This document shows positions 58,647 to 64,000 of a stretch of 64,000 nt of DNA, in pieces. The stretch is from positions 26,814 to 90,813 of the forward strand of contig BPGH01000001.1 in assembly GCA_026002935.1 (NCBI GenBank). Reading direction: 5' to 3'. Positions within the stretch are counted from its first letter, which is position 1. The number at the start of each line of letters is the position of its first letter. This DNA comes from Acidimicrobiia bacterium. GTDB lineage: Bacteria; Actinomycetota; Acidimicrobiia; IMCC26256; PALSA-610. The position numbers were made by a program, and so were the translations under genes. The notes below the pieces were generated by a model. That model was not told the origin of the DNA. It did not search any database and saw only the letters and a list, made by a program, of their open reading frames with translations.

Positions 58647-59770
58647 GGGACCGGGAGGTAGTAGTCGGCGGGATCCTCCTCGACGGGCGGGCCGACCGCA
58701 CCGTCGGCCAGCTCGAGCAGCGGGTACAGGTCGAGCGAGTCGCGCGGCACCGTCCAGTCGAGCCCGACGCCGGCGAGCTCGGCGAACGGCCGCAGGAACG
58801 TGAAGTACACGTACGCACCCGCGTCGATCTTCGCCCGCCGCTCCATGCCGGCGATCATGCGGTAGAGGTCGCGCTGCGCGGACTTCGCGGCGGCCGCGAT
58901 CGCGTCCCACCTCCCGGGGTCGACCGCGACGGGCTCACCGGACGCGACGTCGAAGAGCCCGAAGCCGACGACGTGCGCCAGGTAGTCCTCCGGTTCGGTC
59001 ACCGACGTCCCGAAGTCGGTCACGCGCAGCCGCACGCCGTCGAGCACGAACGCGCCGAGCAGGTCGGTGTACGGCATGCCCGCGGCGACCTGCGCGCTCC
59101 ACGGGAAGTGCGACGGGCCGAGGCGCCCGAACGACCGCAGCAACAGCACGCGGCCGCCCGGCAGCTCGTAGGGGCCCGAGTCCTGGTACCCCGAGCGGGT
59201 GTCGAACCACAGCAGGAACAGGTACGACGTGAGCAGGGCGTTGAGCCGGGCGACGCGCGCCCTCGTGGCCGCGTCGTCGACCGGCCCGCACGCGGCGGCG
59301 ATCGCACCCGCGTGGGCCCGGTAGGGCGTCGCGATCCCGCCGGCGTCCCACGCCTGGTGCGTGCCGTCGTCGAACCGGTAGGCCCTCGACGCGCGCTCCC
59401 AGAAGTCGAGCACCGGCGCCAGTGCCGCGGCGTCGCGGCCGTGGTCGAGGAGCCCCGCGCCCGCGAGCACCTTGCGGCCCAACAACGTGAAGTTGGGCAC
59501 CGCCCACAGGTGCACGTTGTCGATCTGGGTCGCGAACCGGTGCCCCGCCCGGCCGAGCTCCTCCGGCGGCACCGCCGCCGCGATCTCCTGCACCATCTGC
59601 GGGTAGCGGCGGTAGCACTCGACGCACGCCACGAGGATGTAGGCGGTGACGGGGATCAGCGCGGACTCCAGTGCGGTCCGCTGCATCGTCAGCGCGTGGG
59701 AGATCTCGCCGTGGTACCGGATCCAGCGGTTGATCTCGTCGCGGGTCCAGCCGTCGCCGAGGCCGCTCAC
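58643..59770 (-). CDS. Hypothetical protein (375 aa), second gene of the PEP-swivel operon
   Basis: GTG 59770 overlaps the upstream stop (GTGA). Non-low-complexity sequence (DGWTRDEINRWIRYHGEISHALTMQR...). No motif recognised. The Arg-rich N-terminal extension in the track ORF is discarded. Confidence 0.55.
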   Translation of the reverse strand: MSGLGDGWTRDEINRWIRYHGEISHALTMQRTALESALIPVTAYILVACVECYRRYPQMVQEIAAAVPPEELGRAGHRFATQIDNVHLWAVPNFTLLGRKVLAGAGLLDHGRDAAALAPVLDFWERASRAYRFDDGTHQAWDAGGIATPYRAHAGAIAAACGPVDDAATRARVARLNALLTSYLFLLWFDTRSGYQDSGPYELPGGRVLLLRSFGRLGPSHFPWSAQVAAGMPYTDLLGAFVLDGVRLRVTDFGTSVTEPEDYLAHVVGFGLFDVASGEPVAVDPGRWDAIAAAAKSAQRDLYRMIAGMERRAKIDAGAYVYFTFLRPFAELAGVGLDWTVPRDSLDLYPLLELADGAVGPPVEEDPADYYLPVP

Positions 59771-60120
59771 GCGCCGCCGACCTCGCGCACGACCCCCTCC
59801 TCGCCGCTGCAGTCGACCTCGACGACGTCGCCGTCGGCGGGCTCCTTCGTCAGCGTCGCGCTCATGATGCAGGGCACCTGGTACTCGCGGCTCACGATGC
59901 CGATGTGCGACATGGGCGTCCCCGAGAGGCAGACGACCGCGGTCAGCTCGTCGAAGATCGGGGCGAGGAACGTCGCGCCGGCGTCCGCGACGCACGCGAC
60001 GACGCCTTCGGCCGACCCGTCCATCAGCGCGAGCACGTCGTCGGGTGAGGAGAGCCGCCGCCAGGCGCCCCGCACCGGCCCGCTCGCGAACACCTTGGTC
60101 CCGTGCCCGATCTCGGCCAT
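59767..60120 (-). CDS. Stand-alone PEP-utilising-enzyme mobile (phosphohistidine swivel) domain protein
   Basis: 117-aa ORF. CLSGTPMSHIGIVSREYQVPCI matches the swivel-domain signature (G-x-x-S-H-x-x-I-x-x-R-E) with the phospho-His. TAGATT at 60133-60128 lies 7 nt upstream of ATG 60120. Confidence 0.8.
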   Translation of the reverse strand: MAEIGHGTKVFASGPVRGAWRRLSSPDDVLALMDGSAEGVVACVADAGATFLAPIFDELTAVVCLSGTPMSHIGIVSREYQVPCIMSATLTKEPADGDVVEVDCSGEEGVVREVGGA

Positions 60121-60127
60121 GGCGGCG

Positions 60128-60145
60128 AATCTAACTCGTTACGAT
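60128..60145. promoter_or_regulatory. Back-to-back divergent -10 hexamers sharing a TAAC-TC-GTTA inverted repeat
   Basis: 33-bp intergenic region. TAGATT (minus strand, 60133-60128) and TACGAT (plus strand, 60140-60145). Inverted repeat TAACTCGTTA at 60132-60141. This is the only AT-rich patch in the region. Confidence 0.4.
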
Positions 60146-60153
60146 CACCGCCC

Positions 60154-60756
60154 GTGCTGCCCGACGAGTGCTACCTCCTCCTGCACGAGGTGCGGATGCG
60201 CGGCTTCGTCGAGCTGTCGGCCGTGACCGAGGAGCGCCTGCTCGCGCCGCTGCTCGACGCCGGCCTCGTGGCGCGGGCGCGCACCTCCCTGCGGGTCACC
60301 ACCGAGGGCCGCTCGTTGCACGCGACCTGGGCGCGCCTGGCGCCCGGGAGCGAGGCCGAGCAGGTCGTCACGCGGGCGTACGAACGGTTCCTGCCGCTCA
60401 ACGCGGAGCTCCTGCGCGTCTGCCACGACTGGCAGGTGCGGCCCGGCGACGTGCCCAACGACCACCGCGACCTCCGCTACGACTGGTCGGTGATCGACCG
60501 GCTGCGCGCGCTCGACGAGCGCGCCGCGCCGGTCGTGCGGCGCGCCGCCCGCGAGGTCGCGCGCTTCGAGCCGTACCCGCGCCGCCTGCGGGCCGCGCTC
60601 GCGCGCGTCGAGGAGGGCGCGCACGACTGGCTCACCTCCCCGCGCCTCGACTCGTACCACACCGTGTGGATGCAGCTCCACGAGGACCTGCTCCTCGCCC
60701 TCGGGCGCGACCGGGCGTCCGAGGCCGGGGGGCCCGGGGACCCCGGCGGGGCGTGA
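60154..60756 (+). CDS. Hypothetical protein with winged-helix-like N-terminus
   Basis: GTG 60154. N-terminus [47 protein letters not shown] resembles a wHTH. C-terminal region ([25 protein letters not shown]) not recognised. Confidence 0.5.
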   Translation: MLPDECYLLLHEVRMRGFVELSAVTEERLLAPLLDAGLVARARTSLRVTTEGRSLHATWARLAPGSEAEQVVTRAYERFLPLNAELLRVCHDWQVRPGDVPNDHRDLRYDWSVIDRLRALDERAAPVVRRAAREVARFEPYPRRLRAALARVEEGAHDWLTSPRLDSYHTVWMQLHEDLLLALGRDRASEAGGPGDPGGA

Positions 60757-62216
60757 GCGCCCGGGAGTGGGACGATGGTGCCCGCATGGTGACCGGCCCC
60801 GCCGACGACGCCCTCGCCCGGGCGGTGGGCGAGTTCGTGGAGCGGCTGCGGCCGATCGTGCTCGACTGGCCCGACGCGCGCGGCGCCGACCCCGAGGCCG
60901 TGGCGCGCGGGATCCTCGTCGAGGCCCGGCGCCTCGCGGCCGGGTTCCTCTGCGCCGACGGCCGCCTCGCCGACCGCCAGCTCATCGCGTTCCGGCGTTC
61001 GTTCGGCCCGCTCGAGCCCGAGATCGCGAACGGCCCGCTGCAGCGCCTGCGCGAGGGCGACGTGGTCACGCGCGACGCGTCGTTCATCCGCGAACCCTCC
61101 GCGCTGTTCCTGCAGCTCGTGGCCAACGACCGCGCCCAGGGCACCGCGACGGCCTGGGAGTACTACGAGGCCGCGCTCGGGATCGGCCACGCGATGTGCG
61201 CGCTCGCCGACCTCCCCACGAGCGACTGTCTCGCCGCGCTCGACGAGTACCGGGGGATGCTGCTGCGGCACCTGCGGGCCGGCGGCATCGGGCGACCCGG
61301 CCCACCCGCCGCCGACACCGCGCGGTGGCGCCCGCCCGAGACGCTGGGCGGCCTGCCGGGTGAGCCGCCGGAGGCGGCGCCGACGCTCGACGCCCTCCTC
61401 GACGAGCTCGACGGGCTGGTCGGGCTCGCGGAGGTCAAGCGCGAGGTCCGACTGCTCGTCAACCTCACGCGGGTGGAGGAGCTCCGCCGCCGGCACGGCC
61501 TGCCCGTCCCCGAGCGCAGCCGGCACCTCGTGTTCGTCGGCAACCCCGGCACGGGAAAGACGACGGTCGCGCGCCTCCTCTCGCGCATCTACGGCGTGCT
61601 CGGCGTGCTCGAGAAGGGACACCTCGTCGAGACCGACCGCAGCGGCCTCGTGAGCGGATACGTCGGCCAGACCGCTGCGAAGGTGCAGGAGGTCGTGCGG
61701 CAAGCGCTCGGCGGGACGCTGTTCGTCGACGAGGCCTACGCGCTGTGGGTCGACAGCGCGCAGGACTTCGGCCACGAGGCGATCGCGACGCTGCTCAAGC
61801 TGATGGAGGACGAGCGGGACCGCCTGGTGGTGGTCGTCGCCGGCTACCCGGCGCCGATGGAGGAGCTCCTCGACGCGAACCCGGGCCTGCGATCGCGGTT
61901 CCCCAAGACGATCGTGTTCCCCGACTACACGACCGACGAGCTCGTCCGGATCTTCGAGTCCCTCGGCGAGAAGCACGAGTACCGCGCCGGTGAGGAGACG
62001 CTCGCACGCGTGCGGGCCTACGTCGACGCGCAGCCACGCGGGCCGTCGTTCGGCAACGCCCGGCTGGTCCGCAACCTGTTCGAGGCCGCGGTCGAGTTGC
62101 ACGCGACGCGCGTCGTCGAGCACGCCGAGCCGACGAAGGAGGCGCTGAGCACGCTGGTGCCCGACGACATCCCGGCGCCGGGCACGCCGCTGCCGGCACC
62201 GGCGGGCGGGCCGTGA
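60753..62216 (+). CDS. AAA+ ATPase, CbbX/SpoVK/EccA-like, with a unique ~230-aa N-terminal region
   Basis: GTG 60753 overlaps the upstream stop (GTGA); ATG 60786 is an alternative. Walker [13 protein letters not shown], Walker B LFVDEAY, GYPAPM, SRFP. Confidence 0.85.
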   Translation: MSAREWDDGARMVTGPADDALARAVGEFVERLRPIVLDWPDARGADPEAVARGILVEARRLAAGFLCADGRLADRQLIAFRRSFGPLEPEIANGPLQRLREGDVVTRDASFIREPSALFLQLVANDRAQGTATAWEYYEAALGIGHAMCALADLPTSDCLAALDEYRGMLLRHLRAGGIGRPGPPAADTARWRPPETLGGLPGEPPEAAPTLDALLDELDGLVGLAEVKREVRLLVNLTRVEELRRRHGLPVPERSRHLVFVGNPGTGKTTVARLLSRIYGVLGVLEKGHLVETDRSGLVSGYVGQTAAKVQEVVRQALGGTLFVDEAYALWVDSAQDFGHEAIATLLKLMEDERDRLVVVVAGYPAPMEELLDANPGLRSRFPKTIVFPDYTTDELVRIFESLGEKHEYRAGEETLARVRAYVDAQPRGPSFGNARLVRNLFEAAVELHATRVVEHAEPTKEALSTLVPDDIPAPGTPLPAPAGGP

Positions 62217-63310
62217 TCGTCTCCGAGCCGCGCCGCGGCCGCCTCCCGGCGCGCGTGCTCGCGCTGGTCGCCGCCGCGGCGATGGTGGGCGCGTCGCTCG
62301 CGGTGCGGGCGCTCGTGCTCGACGACGACGGGCCGGGCGACGGCGGCGGCCGCGCCGGCACGCCGCGGCTCGCGTGCGTCACGGAGCTGCGCGCCGTCTG
62401 CGAGGCCGTCGCGTCGGGGGACGCGGAGGTCGTGGTCGAGCCGTCGGGTCGCACCGAGGCGACCCTCGCCGCCGCCGCCACGCCCGGCGACGCGGGGATC
62501 GACGCCTGGCTCGCGTACGCGCCGTCGGTCGGCATCGTCGTCGACGCGCGCGAACGCGCCGGGCTCGAACCGATCGTCGAACCGGCCGGCACCCCCCTCG
62601 CCCGGTCGCCACTCGTTCTCGTGGCGCGCGCCGATCGGGCCGCCGCGCTCGCGTCGTGGTGCGGCGGCGAGGTGTCGTGGCGCTGCATCGGCGACGCGGC
62701 CGGCCGGCCGTGGCCGGAGGTCGGCGGGCAGGAAACGTGGGGCCGGGTCCGGCCGGCGCACGCCGACCCGGTGGCGACGGCCGACGGGCTGCTCGCGCTC
62801 GGCCACGCCGCCGGCACGTTCCTCGCGGCGGGTGGCACGGGTGGCCTCACGCCCGACGACGTGTCACGGCTCGACTGGGAGACCAGCGACACGTTCCCGG
62901 GATGGTTCCAGCGGCTCCAGCGGGCGATCCCGGCCGACGCGTTCGACGGCGGCGACCCGTTCGCGCGCTTCCTGCAGACGCGGCTCACCGCGTACGACCT
63001 CGTCGCGACGACCGAGGCGGCGGCGACCACCGGCCTGCGGCGGGCCGCCGGCGACGTCCGCGACGCGGCGGAGGTCCTCTACGCTGCGCCCGTGGCCACG
63101 GCCGACGTCGTGCTCGTCGCGGTGGGCGGCACGGACCTGGGCGACCTCCCCGCCGCGGTGCGCCGCGCGCTGGCCGACGGCGGCTTCCGCACCGCCGGGT
63201 CGTCGGACGCGCCCGCCGGCGGCGCGCCCGCGCTGCCCCCCACCGACGGGCTGCCGGCACCCGGCGCGCTGGGCGCGCTGCGCGACTACTGGCGGGGCGT
63301 CGTCCGGTGA
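62213..63310 (+). CDS. Membrane-anchored extracytoplasmic protein, solute-binding-protein-like
   Basis: GTG 62213 overlaps the upstream stop (GTGA). N-terminal TM helix ([17 protein letters not shown]). The remainder is loosely similar to the N-terminal part of the next gene. Confidence 0.5.
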   Translation: MIVSEPRRGRLPARVLALVAAAAMVGASLAVRALVLDDDGPGDGGGRAGTPRLACVTELRAVCEAVASGDAEVVVEPSGRTEATLAAAATPGDAGIDAWLAYAPSVGIVVDARERAGLEPIVEPAGTPLARSPLVLVARADRAAALASWCGGEVSWRCIGDAAGRPWPEVGGQETWGRVRPAHADPVATADGLLALGHAAGTFLAAGGTGGLTPDDVSRLDWETSDTFPGWFQRLQRAIPADAFDGGDPFARFLQTRLTAYDLVATTEAAATTGLRRAAGDVRDAAEVLYAAPVATADVVLVAVGGTDLGDLPAAVRRALADGGFRTAGSSDAPAGGAPALPPTDGLPAPGALGALRDYWRGVVR

Positions 63311-64000
63311 ACCGCACGATCCGCACCCTCGCCGGCTCGCTCGTGCTGGCGCTGGCGCTCGCGGCGCCGACGGCGTGCGCGCCCGACGACGACGCGGGCG
63401 GCGCCGGCGGCGGCGCCGGCGACCTCGCCGACCCGGGCGACTGCACCGCGATCGACATGGCGGTGTCGTCGGAGAAGATCGCGCTGCTGAGCGACCTCGC
63501 CGAGGAGTTCAACGGCTCCGACGCGGCCGAGCTCGACGGTGGCGGCTGCGCGTTCGTGCGCGTGCAGACGAAGGCCTCCGGCGCGGCCACCCAGCTGCTC
63601 GCCCAGGGCTGGCCCGACGAGGACGTGAACGGCCCCCGGCCCGTGGTCTGGTCGCCGGCCGCGTCGTCGTGGGGCGCGATCCTCGACCAGCGCCTCGCCG
63701 ACGCGGGCGAGGACCCGATGGTCGGCGAGTCGACACCGTTCATGCTGACGCCGCTCGTGATCGCCATGCCGGAGCCGATGGCGGACGCGCTCGGCTACCC
63801 CGACCGGCCGATCGGCTACGCCGACATCCTGCGTCTCGCCCGCGATCCGCAGGGGTGGGCCGCGTTCGGGCACCCCGAGTGGGGGCCGTTCCGGCTCGGC
63901 AAGACGAACCCGAACTTCTCGACCAGCGCGCTGTCGGCGACGATCGCGCAGTACTACGCCGCGACGGGCAAGACCGACGGGTTGACGCTCGAGGACCTGG
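63307..64000 (+). CDS. Lipoprotein with solute-binding-like N-terminal domain (partial; family often carries a C-terminal VWA domain)
   Basis: GTG 63307 overlaps the upstream stop (GTGA). Lipobox LAAPTAC. Motifs VVWSPAASSW and GKTNPNFSTS. Runs off the window end. Confidence 0.55.
   Translation, partial: MNRTIRTLAGSLVLALALAAPTACAPDDDAGGAGGGAGDLADPGDCTAIDMAVSSEKIALLSDLAEEFNGSDAAELDGGGCAFVRVQTKASGAATQLLAQGWPDEDVNGPRPVVWSPAASSWGAILDQRLADAGEDPMVGESTPFMLTPLVIAMPEPMADALGYPDRPIGYADILRLARDPQGWAAFGHPEWGPFRLGKTNPNFSTSALSATIAQYYAATGKTDGLTLEDL

Overview
Very GC-rich (by eye >70% GC) actinobacterial chromosomal segment with about 62 protein-coding genes on both strands. I found no rRNA, tRNA, CRISPR array, transposase or integrase. 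Modules in order: (1) a sulfotransferase-rich envelope locus (three sulfotransferases and a glycosidase-like lipoprotein). It sits next to two exported paralogs built from a ~125-aa Cys-bracketed module that I do not recognise. One paralog is LPXTG-anchored; the other carries a 100%-identical 369-bp internal tandem duplication. (2) A phosphate-homeostasis supercluster: ppk1-CHAD-Nudix-SixA, ahpE, a senX3/regX3-type two-component system, two convergent overlapping phoU paralogs, and pstSCAB with 11-bp-phased GTTCACC PHO-box repeats. (3) An envelope-stress island: tatA, sigE-like ECF sigma, anti-sigma, RseB-like protein, WhiB and HtrA. Three matching GGGAAC-N17-CGTY promoter motifs lie in front of sigE, whiB and msrB. 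(4) A second WhiB, a degenerate ParA-like protein, msrB and an atypical receiver. (5) A ChlI-like AAA+ / VWA pair split by an opposite-strand GH1 gene, plus a GH2 gene. (6) sdhCAB, a Tat-exported PhoX-like phosphatase coupled to cbs-metB, and xylAB. (7) A CstR-type persulfide-sensing operon with a perfect operator palindrome. (8) glpD followed by two genes each broken by a +1 frame disruption at an identical A-CCC-CGC site. (9) An orphan PEP-utilising swivel-domain gene translationally coupled to two unrecognisable proteins. It is divergent from a wHTH-like / CbbX-like AAA+ / solute-binding / VWA-type operon. Across the window, 14 genes have a TANNNT hexamer 6-8 nt upstream of the start codon (leaderless-type architecture), and 16 gene junctions are 4-nt GTGA/ATGA overlaps. 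All functional calls rest on motif recognition from the translated ORFs; no database search was possible. The many long Arg/Pro/Gly/Ala-rich ORFs in the track are treated as GC-driven shadow frames.
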